Origin: Deltaproteobacteria bacterium
GTDB taxonomy: Bacteria > Myxococcota_A > Polyangia > Polyangiales > Houyiibacteriaceae
Assembly: GCA_017644045.1 (NCBI GenBank)
Contig: JAEPMI010000011.1
Location: 242,763 to 306,762, forward strand
Direction: 5' to 3'
Length of the DNA stretch: 64,000 bases
Part shown: positions 30,697-39,738 of the stretch, one piece after another
How the letters are laid out: the number at the start of each line of letters is the position of its first letter
Position numbering within the stretch: the first letter of the stretch is position 1
Notes under the pieces: model-generated
What the model saw: only the letters and a program-made list of their open reading frames with translations
Database searches by the model: none
What the model was told of the DNA's origin: nothing
Position numbers and translations under genes: made by a program

Positions 30697-33600
30697 CAGC
30701 GGGCCTGGACGTTGCGAAGTGAGAGACCGGGAGCCATGGCCCGCGTCCAGCGGGCCGGATCGGCGACGTCGAGCGCGACGAGGAGCTCGTCGATCTCGCG
30801 AACCTTGTCGGTGTCGCCGAGGATCTCGGCGGCACGGCGTCGGGAGGTGGCGGCGCGCACGGGCAGCGCAGCGCGCTCGAAGTGCCGCGACGAGAGCGCG
30901 AGACGATCGATCGCGCCCTCGTGGTCCCCGTCCTGGAGGACGATCGCGGCTTCCAGTGTCGCTCGGCGGCCGAGCGCGTAGTCGGTCTGGGCACCGCCCA
31001 GCCAGCGGCGGAGCATTCGCTTCGCGCGGCCTCGCATGCGGCGTCCACGCAGCCCCCGGGCGCCTTCGCTCACCGCGAGGAGCGCGCCGATGCGAAGCGC
31101 GCCGTAGAATTCGCGACCCACGCGCACCATGAAGAGGCCGGCTTTGCGCAGGCCGGGCCAGGCGTCCTCGATGCGCTCGTGGGCGCGCTCCGAGCGGCCG
31201 AGGTAGAGCTCCGTCAACGTGTCGATCGTGAGCGACGCGAAGCGCACGTACATCGCGAGGCCGGGCACCTTCTCCCGAGCCGACGCGGTCGAGCGGCGAG
31301 CCACGGCCGGGTGGCCCAGCGCCAGCGACGCATAGGCGCCGTCGACCATGGCGGCGGCCTCGGTGTACGGGTTCCCGACCTCCCGCGCGTCCGCGACGAT
31401 CCGCTTCGTTCGCTCGTCGAGCTCGCGGAAGCGGTCCAGGTAACGGAGCTGAGTGGGGATCTGCATCAACGCCGCATGGCGGACACCGACGGTGTCCTTC
31501 ACCCGCACGAGCTGCTGATGAGCCGCCTCGAGCTCTTCGAGTGCACGAAGCCAGTCGTCCTCCATGAACGCCTGCAGCCCGCGCGCGTAGGCGGCGGTGC
31601 CGAGCGCCTCGGGCGTGTCGACGCGCTTCGCGAGCTCGGTCGCGCGCGCGAGCAGGATTTCGGCGCGCTTCCATCCGAAGTTCGTGAAGAAGCTGCCGAG
31701 TACCGCCGTGCCGACGGCGACCGAGTGGGTGTCACCGGCGCGGAGGGCCAGCTCGTACCCCTGGATGTAGTAGTGCAACGCACGCACGAGGTCGGAGAGG
31801 GTCAGCGACGGAGCCAGCGTGAAGCACGCGCGAATGCGGAGCGCCTCTTCGGTGGGGATCGACTCCTGCGGTCGCTCGTGAAGCTCCTGGTCGCGGGCCA
31901 CCAGACGGATCAGACGCGCTGCGGTCTGTAGGTTCATGCGCAGGCGCGAGCTCGCCGGAGGGAGACCGAGTTGCCTGCCGAGTGGCTCGAGCAGCCCGTC
32001 GCCTTCGCGGGTCGCGCCGCTGGTGTAGTAGGCCTGTGCGGCCGACAGCTCGAGCTTCGACCGCTCGAGCGGGTCGGCGAATTCCCGGGCGAGCGACTCG
32101 TGGAGCCGGGCGCCCTCGCGGCACCGCCCGGCGCGCACCAGCGCCTCCCCGAGCTTGCGCCGCAGCACCCGTCGCTCGCTCATCTGGGGCGGCGTCGCCA
32201 TCTTGTCGGTCCACTCGAGCGCGCGCTCGTAGAGCTGCACCGCCTCTTCGAACGCGAGGGCGCGCGCAGCGTCGTCCCCGGCGCGCTGTGCGTGCAGCGC
32301 TGCGAGAGCCGCTTCGCCCGCCTCGACGAAGTGCGGGAGGAGCGCGCGCGACGGCGCACCCTCCTCGGCCAGCGAGTGACCGATCGCGCGGTGGAGCTCG
32401 CGCCGCGCCGGCGCGCTCAGTCCTTCGAGCAGCGTGGAGCGGATGCGGCTGTGGTAGGGCGCCACTCGTTCGACGTCGCCGCTCTGCTGGGTCCGGAGCA
32501 GGCGCGCCGCCACCAGCCGATGGACGGTCGTGCGGTCGGCGGGGGTCTCGCTCGCGGCGCGGTGAGCGGCGGTGACGGTGATCGGCACGCCCGCCACGGC
32601 GACGACCTCGAGCAAGCGTTGCGATCCGGGCGGGAGCTTGCGCAGGCGGTCGGCGAGCACCTGCGAGAGCAGGAAGCGACGGTCGTCGCTGTCGGGGGTC
32701 TCGCCGGAACGGTCGCCGTCCAGATCCCAGGTGCCCGAGTTCCGTGCGTGGCGCGCGAGCTCCTCGACGAAGAGCGGGTGGCCCGCGGCTTCTTTCGCGA
32801 TGCGCTTGGCAATGGTCGGGTTGTTGGTCGCCAGGATTCGGCCAGCGAGGTCGGCGCTCGCGTCCGCACGGAGCGGCGTGAGCGCGATGCGAGAGACCGG
32901 CAGCGACGGGTCGCTCTCGATCCGTTCGAGCAGGGCACGAGGGAAGGGGCTCGACCGCTCTTCGCTGCGCATCGCGAGCAGCCAGAGCACGGGCGGTGCG
33001 GCCGCGCCGCGGAGCTGGTCGAGGAGGATCTCCGCGCTCTGAGGGTCGCCCCATTGTACGTCGTCGACGAACGCGACGATCGGCCGGTCGCGGCCCAGCC
33101 GGAAGAGCAGCTCGCGGAGCGCGCGGAAGCCGCGCCGACGCGCCGCGACGGGATCGCCGAGCAGCTCCGCGCTCGAGACCTCGGCAGACTGGAGCACGGC
33201 CGCGAAGACCGGGAAGAGTCGGGCGAGCTCGGCGGCGTGCGGAGGCAGGAGCGCGCGCAGCTGGGGACCGGCGATGCGACCGAGGTGGTCGCTGAGCTCG
33301 TCCACCAACGCGTCCATCGCCTTGTAGGGAACGAAGTCCTGCTCGTAGCAGCGGCCCGGGAGGAGGAGCGCGTCGCGCTGTCCGGCGACGGCGTCGAGGA
33401 AGGTCTCGACCAGCGCGGACTTGCCCATGCCGGACTCGCCCTCGAGGAGCACGAGCCGGGGCTCGGCGTGGCGGGTGGTCTCGTCGAACGCCTGATGCAG
33501 CGCCTGCAGCTCCTCATCGCGTCCGACCACGGAGAACGCCTGGTGCTTCGGCGTCTTCATCCGCGGCGCGCGGCCGCCGAGCCCACGCGCGACGTGTGCC

Positions 33601-34607
33601 GCGTCCGGGCGCTGCTTCGGCTGGACCTCGAGGAGCGCGTCGCAGAGCTCGGCGAGCCGCTCCGGGACCCGTGGGTTGAGGTCGCGGACCTTCGGCGCGC
33701 CCCCGCGCACCTTGCGCCAGAGCAAGGTCATCAGGTTGGGGTGTTCGTAGGGCAGCCGGCCCGTGAGCACCTCGTAGAGGATCACGCCGAGCGCGTAGAG
33801 GTCGCTCGGCGGCCCGACTTCGCGGCCCGTCGCCTGCTCGGGGGCCATGTAGTTCGGGGTGCCGATGACCATGCCGGTGCGTTCGCCGGCGCCGCGCGGG
33901 TCGAGCTCCGTCACCAGCCCGAAGTCGAGCACCACCGGGCGACCGGCGCTGCTGACGAGTACGTTGTGCGGCTTCAGATCGCGGTGAAGCATGCCCGCGC
34001 CGTGCAACGTCGCGAGCGCGTCGGCGACGTCACCGAAGACGCGCGCGATGTTGGTCCAGTCCAGGTCGACCGGGTTCGGTTCGGGAGGTCCTTCGAGCTC
34101 GAGCTCGCCGAGCGTCTGCGCGAGCGCCTTGTCCTCCTCGGTGGCGTCGAGCGGCGTCGGCCTCGGATCGAAGTGGGTGGCGTCGCTCTCGGAGCTGATC
34201 GAGTGCTCGGCCAGCCGCTGGTCGGTCGGCAGGATCTCGTCGACCATCATGGTCTGCATGAGGCTCGCGCCCGGCCGGAGCGTCGGTAGCGGGCCGCTCG
34301 GACGCAGATGGTCGGTGATCGGGGTGCCCTCGACGAGCTCCATCGCGAGGTACCAGGAGCCGTCCTCCACGAAGAGCTCGTAGAGCGCGACGAGGTTCGG
34401 GTGGCTCAGTCGGGCGAGCGACCGGAACTCGCGCTTGAACCGATAGAGTCCGCGAGCGTCCGCGCGGTGGAGCCGCTTGAGCGCGACCTCCGTTCCACGC
34501 TCCGTGTCCACGGCGGAGAAGACCTCGCCATAGCTGCCGGAGCCGAGCACTCCTTCGATTCGAAAGCGTCGCCCGACGATCGCTTTCGAAGAGGGGGCCC
34601 CCGCCAT
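30696..34607 (-). CDS. Ser/Thr kinase fused to an AAA/STAND NTPase and TPR-like repeats (1303 aa)
   Basis: Kinase motifs GSGSYGEV, ALK, HRDLKPHNVL, DFGLV and APE. P-loop LLEGESGMGKSAL. Long helical-repeat C-terminus. Confidence 0.9.
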   Translation of the reverse strand: MAGAPSSKAIVGRRFRIEGVLGSGSYGEVFSAVDTERGTEVALKRLHRADARGLYRFKREFRSLARLSHPNLVALYELFVEDGSWYLAMELVEGTPITDHLRPSGPLPTLRPGASLMQTMMVDEILPTDQRLAEHSISSESDATHFDPRPTPLDATEEDKALAQTLGELELEGPPEPNPVDLDWTNIARVFGDVADALATLHGAGMLHRDLKPHNVLVSSAGRPVVLDFGLVTELDPRGAGERTGMVIGTPNYMAPEQATGREVGPPSDLYALGVILYEVLTGRLPYEHPNLMTLLWRKVRGGAPKVRDLNPRVPERLAELCDALLEVQPKQRPDAAHVARGLGGRAPRMKTPKHQAFSVVGRDEELQALHQAFDETTRHAEPRLVLLEGESGMGKSALVETFLDAVAGQRDALLLPGRCYEQDFVPYKAMDALVDELSDHLGRIAGPQLRALLPPHAAELARLFPVFAAVLQSAEVSSAELLGDPVAARRRGFRALRELLFRLGRDRPIVAFVDDVQWGDPQSAEILLDQLRGAAAPPVLWLLAMRSEERSSPFPRALLERIESDPSLPVSRIALTPLRADASADLAGRILATNNPTIAKRIAKEAAGHPLFVEELARHARNSGTWDLDGDRSGETPDSDDRRFLLSQVLADRLRKLPPGSQRLLEVVAVAGVPITVTAAHRAASETPADRTTVHRLVAARLLRTQQSGDVERVAPYHSRIRSTLLEGLSAPARRELHRAIGHSLAEEGAPSRALLPHFVEAGEAALAALHAQRAGDDAARALAFEEAVQLYERALEWTDKMATPPQMSERRVLRRKLGEALVRAGRCREGARLHESLAREFADPLERSKLELSAAQAYYTSGATREGDGLLEPLGRQLGLPPASSRLRMNLQTAARLIRLVARDQELHERPQESIPTEEALRIRACFTLAPSLTLSDLVRALHYYIQGYELALRAGDTHSVAVGTAVLGSFFTNFGWKRAEILLARATELAKRVDTPEALGTAAYARGLQAFMEDDWLRALEELEAAHQQLVRVKDTVGVRHAALMQIPTQLRYLDRFRELDERTKRIVADAREVGNPYTEAAAMVDGAYASLALGHPAVARRSTASAREKVPGLAMYVRFASLTIDTLTELYLGRSERAHERIEDAWPGLRKAGLFMVRVGREFYGALRIGALLAVSEGARGLRGRRMRGRAKRMLRRWLGGAQTDYALGRRATLEAAIVLQDGDHEGAIDRLALSSRHFERAALPVRAATSRRRAAEILGDTDKVREIDELLVALDVADPARWTRAMAPGLSLRNVQAR

Positions 34608-34717
34608 GAGCGGGACTCTAGCGTCTCGGAGTCGAGCTTGGAACGACTGGATTTACGGGGCGTCCCTGCCTTTGGAGGTCCGGAGACTCCGGCTCCGAGA
34701 GCCGACGACCGACCCTG

Positions 34718-36184
34718 ATGTCGAGTACCCTTCGCCGGATGAGTGTGGCTGAGGGGCTGATGACCCGACTGCAGCAGTGGGTTCCTCCCACCGAGCGGCG
34801 GTCGCGAGAGGCGATCCTCCGCGCGGGGATGCCGCCGCCCTGGCCAGAGTCGCCGATGCGGCAAGTGCGTCGGTGGGCCTCCGACATGGATGGGCTCCTC
34901 GGCGAGGCCGCGGCCACTGGCAGCGCGTGGACCTTCGACTTCTGGCGCCAGGGGCGCATGGCGGTCTTCACCTCGGAGTCCGCTCGCCGCCAGGTGCTGG
35001 CGGCGGGTCCCGAAGAGCTCGGCCACGCGAACGATCTCGCCGGGCTCTTCGTCGGCCCGCATTCGCTCCTGCTGCGCAACGGCGAGGACCACGCACGTGC
35101 GCGGCGTCGAACCCTCAAGCTGATCGGAGCGGAGCGCCTCTCGGTCTACGGGCAGGCGATGCTCGACGTGACCCGCGAGTGGCTCGCGACGCTCTCCCCC
35201 GGCGACGAGATCGAGGTGCTCGACGCCTGCCAGAACATGACCCTCGACATCATCCTGCGGACGGTGCTCGGCGTCCCGCCAGGGCCCGACTACGACGCTC
35301 TCCACGCCGCGGCGCGTGCGTTCATGATGAGCGGCCGCTCGGTCGCGGGGAACCTCGCGGCGCTCCTGTTGCCCACGGACGCGCTCCGTGGCGCCGTGCT
35401 GGGTCCGGAGGACCCGACCGGCGGCTCGGCGACCCTGGGGGCTCTGGGGCGGTCGCTACCCGGTGCCGTGGAGGGCCGCACGCTCGTCTCGCTCCTTCGC
35501 GCCTCGATCGCGCGCCGCCGTGCGAAGCCGGACGGTGACGATGTGCTCGCCAGGCTCGTCCAGGAAGGCGAGCTCGGAGACGCGGCCATCCTCGACGAGA
35601 TCGCCACCCTCCTGCTCGCGGGCCACGACACCACGGCCGTCACCCTCGGGTGGATGCTCTACCGCATCGGCCGGCGACCGACCCTCTGGACCGAGCTCCG
35701 CACGGAGCTCGAGGCCCACACCGAGGGCGAGCCGCTGGACCCGACGAAGCTGCCTCGCCGAGGCCTGCTCGGCGCGTGCGTGATGGAGAGCCTGCGCCTC
35801 GACGGACTCACGCTGGGAGTGCTCCGCCGCGCACGGCGCTCCGTGATGATCGACGGCTACCGGATCCCCGCGGGGACCTTGGTCAACGCCCTGGTCCGCC
35901 CGCGACACATCGACCCCGAGCGATGGGACGATCCGGAGCGCTTCGCGCCCGAGCGCATGCTCTCCGCGAAGCCCGCGCCCCACGAGTTCGCGCCCTTCGG
36001 TGGAGGCTATCGGCGCTGCGTCGGAGCGTCCTTCGCGACCTATGAGATGCAGATCGTGCTCGCAGGGATCGCGGAGGCGATCGAGCTCCACACGCCGCCG
36101 GACGTGGTGGTCGATCGGGTTCAGTACGGGCCCTTTCCCGGTCCGAGCAACCGCATCCCGATGCGGGTCGTCGCCCGCCCCTGA
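34718..36184 (+). CDS. Cytochrome P450
   Basis: I-helix AGHDTT, ExxR (ESLRL), PERF-like DPERFAPER, and heme loop FAPFGGGYRRCVGASFA. Confidence 0.9.
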   Translation: MSSTLRRMSVAEGLMTRLQQWVPPTERRSREAILRAGMPPPWPESPMRQVRRWASDMDGLLGEAAATGSAWTFDFWRQGRMAVFTSESARRQVLAAGPEELGHANDLAGLFVGPHSLLLRNGEDHARARRRTLKLIGAERLSVYGQAMLDVTREWLATLSPGDEIEVLDACQNMTLDIILRTVLGVPPGPDYDALHAAARAFMMSGRSVAGNLAALLLPTDALRGAVLGPEDPTGGSATLGALGRSLPGAVEGRTLVSLLRASIARRRAKPDGDDVLARLVQEGELGDAAILDEIATLLLAGHDTTAVTLGWMLYRIGRRPTLWTELRTELEAHTEGEPLDPTKLPRRGLLGACVMESLRLDGLTLGVLRRARRSVMIDGYRIPAGTLVNALVRPRHIDPERWDDPERFAPERMLSAKPAPHEFAPFGGGYRRCVGASFATYEMQIVLAGIAEAIELHTPPDVVVDRVQYGPFPGPSNRIPMRVVARP

Positions 36185-36207
36185 GAAGAGTCGCGGACCC
36201 AACGAAA

Positions 36208-36235
36208 GAGGCCACCCCGTCGCCGGAGTGGCCTC
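36208..36235. terminator. Candidate bidirectional hairpin between the convergent P450 and exbD-like genes
   Basis: GAGGCCAC-12 nt-GTGGCCTC. T-rich only on the minus-strand side (ctctttcgtt). Confidence 0.35.
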
Positions 36236-36255
36236 GATTCGTAGCGTCGCTTCGC

Positions 36256-36831
36256 TCAGTCGGGTCCGCCGATGGACCCGGTCTTGTTGGTGACGAAGCG
36301 CAGGTTGCTGAACTCGGTCTGGCCGAGCGTGTAGATCACCTCGGACAGGGTCCGGAACGGCGTCCGGGAGTCCGCGACGATCTGCACCTCTCCCTTGAAG
36401 GGGCGGGAGGGCGTTCGCTGCTCGATGAGCTTCTGCAGGTCTCGGATGCGCCCCATCTCGCGGAAGAGCGGGGTGATCAGGAACCCGGTGCCGCCGCCCT
36501 GCTTCTGGCTGGGGTCGACCAGCCCGTTGCGGAGCTCGAGGATGGTGTTTCCGTCCACGACGATCGCGTTGCGCGAGATCTGGATCGGGGTGGCTTCCCC
36601 CATCTCGATCTCGGTGGTGGAGTAGGGGATCCGAAGCTCTTCCGACTGCGTGATCGCGGCCGCCGAGGAGGACGCGAACTGCATGACCATGAAGACGAGG
36701 AGAATCGTCATCATGTCCATCATCGGGTAGATGTTGAGACCGTGCCCTTCGGGCTCGGGGTGCTTGGCGATGCGGCGGCGGATCTCCCGCTTCACCGCTC
36801 CCATCGACGCTTGTTCTTCTTCTTCGGCCAT
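36256..36831 (-). CDS. ExbD/TolR-family protein (triad A, distal)
   Basis: Single TM helix with the conserved Asp (NIYPMMDMMTILLVFMV) and a periplasmic ExbD-like domain. GAGGTAA Shine-Dalgarno. Confidence 0.8.
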   Translation of the reverse strand: MAEEEEQASMGAVKREIRRRIAKHPEPEGHGLNIYPMMDMMTILLVFMVMQFASSSAAAITQSEELRIPYSTTEIEMGEATPIQISRNAIVVDGNTILELRNGLVDPSQKQGGGTGFLITPLFREMGRIRDLQKLIEQRTPSRPFKGEVQIVADSRTPFRTLSEVIYTLGQTEFSNLRFVTNKTGSIGGPD

Positions 36832-36835
36832 GGTG

Positions 36836-37390
36836 TTACCTCACGCCCGCTGAGATGAGCACGTCGGGGAAAAGTTCCTCGCCTTCTTTGTCGCGCACCG
36901 CATCCATCGCCGAGACCAGGTCCTGGAACTCGACCAGGTTGTCGGCGGAGACGGTCACGCGAGTCTCGTCGGGGAACTCCTGCTTCACCGTCGACACGCA
37001 GTTGCGCAGCCCCTCCCAGTCGTAGTCGTTGCCGCGCTTGGGCACGGTGAGGACGTCGCCGGTCGAGGTGGTGGCGCAACCGGGCGCGAGCTTTCCGCCC
37101 GAGCCGGTCACGGTGATGCCGTTCTGCGTCACGAACACGCTCAGGTTGAGCTGAGGCTCGTCCGAGGCTCGCCGCCCCACGCCGCCGCTCGAGTACGTCG
37201 GTAGCGACGCTTCGAGCTGCGAGTAGAAGGCGATCGAGCTCGTGATCATGAGCAGGAACATGATCAAGTTCACGACGATGTCGAGGAACGGGATGATGTT
37301 CAGCTCGTCATCGGTCTCATCCGGCCCGGGCTCCTCGTACTTGGAGCGCTTCCGGATGTAGGCGCGCTGTTGTGCACTGAATTGCGGCAT
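36836..37390 (-). CDS. ExbD/TolR-family protein (triad A, middle)
   Basis: LNIIPFLDIVVNLIMFLL TM helix with Asp, plus an ExbD-like C-terminal domain. Confidence 0.8.
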   Translation of the reverse strand: MPQFSAQQRAYIRKRSKYEEPGPDETDDELNIIPFLDIVVNLIMFLLMITSSIAFYSQLEASLPTYSSGGVGRRASDEPQLNLSVFVTQNGITVTGSGGKLAPGCATTSTGDVLTVPKRGNDYDWEGLRNCVSTVKQEFPDETRVTVSADNLVEFQDLVSAMDAVRDKEGEELFPDVLISAGVR

Positions 37391-37403
37391 GGGGCGAGCC
37401 CCG

Positions 37404-38033
37404 TCAGCCCTTCGGGCGGAGCGTCAGCAGGTTCTCGAGCTTGGTCGCCGCCTTCTCCATCTCCGTCTTCTGCTTCTTGGCCATACCGTGCAGCACGAGG
37501 TGCGCGGTCATGCAGATGACGGCGATGAGGAGGCCGAGGAAGGTGTTCCACATGGCCTCGGCGATACCGGCCGAGAGGATCTTGGACTTCTCGCCCGGGT
37601 CGTCGATGGCACCGACGGCCTTGAAGGCCGTGATGAGGCCCTTGATGGTCCCGAGGAGACCGATGAGCGTCGCGATGTTCGCGAGCGTCCAGAGAGAGCC
37701 GATGCGCTTCTCCAGCCGCGGCAGCTCCTCGCCCATCCGCTCGTCCATCGCAGCGATGATCGCCTCCTCACCTCGGTTGACCTGGGTGAGACCAGCCTTG
37801 CAGACCTGCAGGAGCGGCAGCGGGGCTGCTTCGCAGAGCTTGATCGCGCGATCGATGTTGCCCGCCTGCACGAGCTTTCGGATCTGCCCCATGAACTCGG
37901 TCGTGTTGACCCGGTACTTGGTCAGGATGAACACGAAGCGCTCCGCGATGATCGCGAGCGCGAGGGCCAGCACTCCGATGTTGATGAACGAGAACGGAGC
38001 TCCCTCCATCAACGCATGCCAGACTTCTTCCAT
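37404..38033 (-). CDS. MotA/TolQ/ExbB-family proton channel (triad A)
   Basis: MEEVWHAL... contains three TM helices and the family C-terminal core LSAGIAEAMWNTFLGLLIAV. AGGAG Shine-Dalgarno lies before ATG 38033. The ORF-track start 38441 is too early. Confidence 0.85.
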   Translation of the reverse strand: MEEVWHALMEGAPFSFINIGVLALALAIIAERFVFILTKYRVNTTEFMGQIRKLVQAGNIDRAIKLCEAAPLPLLQVCKAGLTQVNRGEEAIIAAMDERMGEELPRLEKRIGSLWTLANIATLIGLLGTIKGLITAFKAVGAIDDPGEKSKILSAGIAEAMWNTFLGLLIAVICMTAHLVLHGMAKKQKTEMEKAATKLENLLTLRPKG

Positions 38034-38385
38034 CAGTAGGCTCCTATGGATGGCTCGGCTCGTCGTGGCCGAGTCGCCGTCCCCCCCGAGGGGCCCAATC
38101 GCGCCTGCGATTTGCCTTGGTCGGGCGGAATCCCTTGAAATCGTTGAACTTTCGCGGTTTTTAGGCCGCTTTCTCAGGGGCGACGCTACCGCAGCGCCGC
38201 TCGGGTTGTCAACGGAATCGGATGGGCATCCTGAACCCCCCATGAAGAGCACCTCTGGACGAGAGAAAAGGAGGGGCTCCCCAAATGAAGAGAGATGGCC
38301 GGGAACTTTTGCTCGCGAGTGGCCTCTCAGCCTCCACGTCAGCGAGGTCCCCGCACGGACATTCAGCCAGCCCGTCGGATCCCCG

Positions 38386-38413
38386 TTGACTTGTGGGCAC
38401 CACTCTGTATCAT
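38386..38413 (+). promoter_or_regulatory. Candidate sigma-70-type promoter for triad B
   Basis: TTGACT (38386-38391), 16-nt spacer, TATCAT (38408-38413), about 145 nt upstream of ATG 38559. Pattern match only. Confidence 0.3.
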
Positions 38414-38558
38414 CGCCCTCGCTCGAGCCCAGCCGTCCCAAATTGGTTGGTTTTTCGGGCTCGTTTCAAGATTTCGCAAGGTTCTGACGAGGACCGAGGC
38501 GGCACCGCATGGAGCGGGCCGCAGCTCCGGTCCGAGGTTTTCCAGGAGGCAGTCTGAC

Positions 38559-39212
38559 ATGTCGGCAATCGCACACCATTTCGACGAAGGCGGATGGGCG
38601 ATGTACGTCATCCTTTTCTGGCTTGTGATGGCGATTGGTTTCTCCATCGAGCGTGCCGTCTATCTCTATAAGGCGAGCATCAACAAGGATGTGTTCCTCG
38701 CGACGATGCAGAAGTGCATCTTGGCCGGTGACATCGGCCGCGCGATCAAGCTCTGCAGCGCCGCCAACGCGCCGCTCGCTCGTATCGTGAAGGCTGGCCT
38801 CATGAAGGTGAACCGGCCGGACGCGGAGGTTCAGGCCGCGATGGACGAGGCCGCGCTTCGCGAGCTCCCCAAGATCGAGGCTCGTACCCCGTTCCTCGGT
38901 CTCTTCGCCAACCTCGCCATGCTCTCGGGCCTCTTCGGCACCGTTCTCGGTCTCATCGGCGCGTTCGCTGCCGTTGCCGGCGCGGACCAGGCCTCGAAGG
39001 CCACCATGCTCGCCAAGGGTATCTCCGAGGCCATGAACTGCACGGCCTTCGGTCTCCTCTCGGCCATCGTCGCTCTCATGAGCATGGCGGTGCTGAACGG
39101 TAAGACCCAGGGTCTGCTCGACGACATCAACGCCGCGACCGTCCAGGTGATGAACCTTGTGGTGAACAACCGCTCCAAGGTGAACCTGCAGGGTCTCGAG
39201 CAGGGCGCCTGA
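38559..39212 (+). CDS. MotA/TolQ/ExbB-family proton channel (triad B)
   Basis: MSAIAHHFDEGGWAMYVILFWL... Paralogous to triad A (AGDIGRAIKLCSAANAPLARIVKAGL versus AGNIDRAIKLCEAAPLPLLQVCKAGL). AGGAGG Shine-Dalgarno. Confidence 0.85.
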   Translation: MSAIAHHFDEGGWAMYVILFWLVMAIGFSIERAVYLYKASINKDVFLATMQKCILAGDIGRAIKLCSAANAPLARIVKAGLMKVNRPDAEVQAAMDEAALRELPKIEARTPFLGLFANLAMLSGLFGTVLGLIGAFAAVAGADQASKATMLAKGISEAMNCTAFGLLSAIVALMSMAVLNGKTQGLLDDINAATVQVMNLVVNNRSKVNLQGLEQGA

Positions 39213-39249
39213 GGCGCTCGAACACAGGACACCTAGGAGGAACTGAGCC

Positions 39250-39726
39250 ATGGGCGGTATCGACACCGGTGGTGGACACGGCGGAAAGAAGAGCGTGGAC
39301 CAGGAGATTCCCCTGATCCCGTTCATCGACCTCCTGTTCTGCTGCATCATGTTCCTGCTCGCCACGGCCGTGTGGAACCAGCTGGCCCGCATCGCGGCCA
39401 ACCAGCAGACCCCCGGCCAGGCGCCCAGCGACGATCAGCCCCCGCCCGAAGAACGGGTGAAGCTCATCCTCCAGGTGCAGAACTCCGGCTACAAGCTGGC
39501 GTCCACCGCGGGCGACGACTTGCCGATCCCCAAGAACGGCGACGAGTACGACGTGGAAGAGCTTCGTAACAAGCTGCAGGAGCGCAAGCGCCTCGAGCCC
39601 AACCGGCAGGACATCATCGTCGCGCCGGAGGACGGGGTTCGCTACGAGGACGTGGTCACGGCCATGGATCTCGTGGTGGGCGAAGGCTTCCCGCAGATGA
39701 CCCTCAGTGACGGCGCCACGCTGTAA
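39250..39726 (+). CDS. ExbD/TolR-family protein (triad B, middle)
   Basis: IPLIPFIDLLFCCIMFLL TM helix with Asp. IPKNGDEYDVEELRNKL parallels VPKRGNDYDWEGLRNCV of triad A. AGGAGG Shine-Dalgarno. Confidence 0.8.
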   Translation: MGGIDTGGGHGGKKSVDQEIPLIPFIDLLFCCIMFLLATAVWNQLARIAANQQTPGQAPSDDQPPPEERVKLILQVQNSGYKLASTAGDDLPIPKNGDEYDVEELRNKLQERKRLEPNRQDIIVAPEDGVRYEDVVTAMDLVVGEGFPQMTLSDGATL

Positions 39727-39738
39727 GGATCGATACTC

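Noticed and set aside
28999-31674. 891-aa version of the lipoxygenase ORF, and similar long N-terminal extensions in the track (38441, 38295, 40334, 45047, 55705, 55552, 49755, 50180, 23496).
   Set aside because: The extensions are Arg/Pro-rich, overlap the upstream gene, and internal ATG or GTG codons with Shine-Dalgarno sequences or stop-start overlaps give proteins of normal family length.
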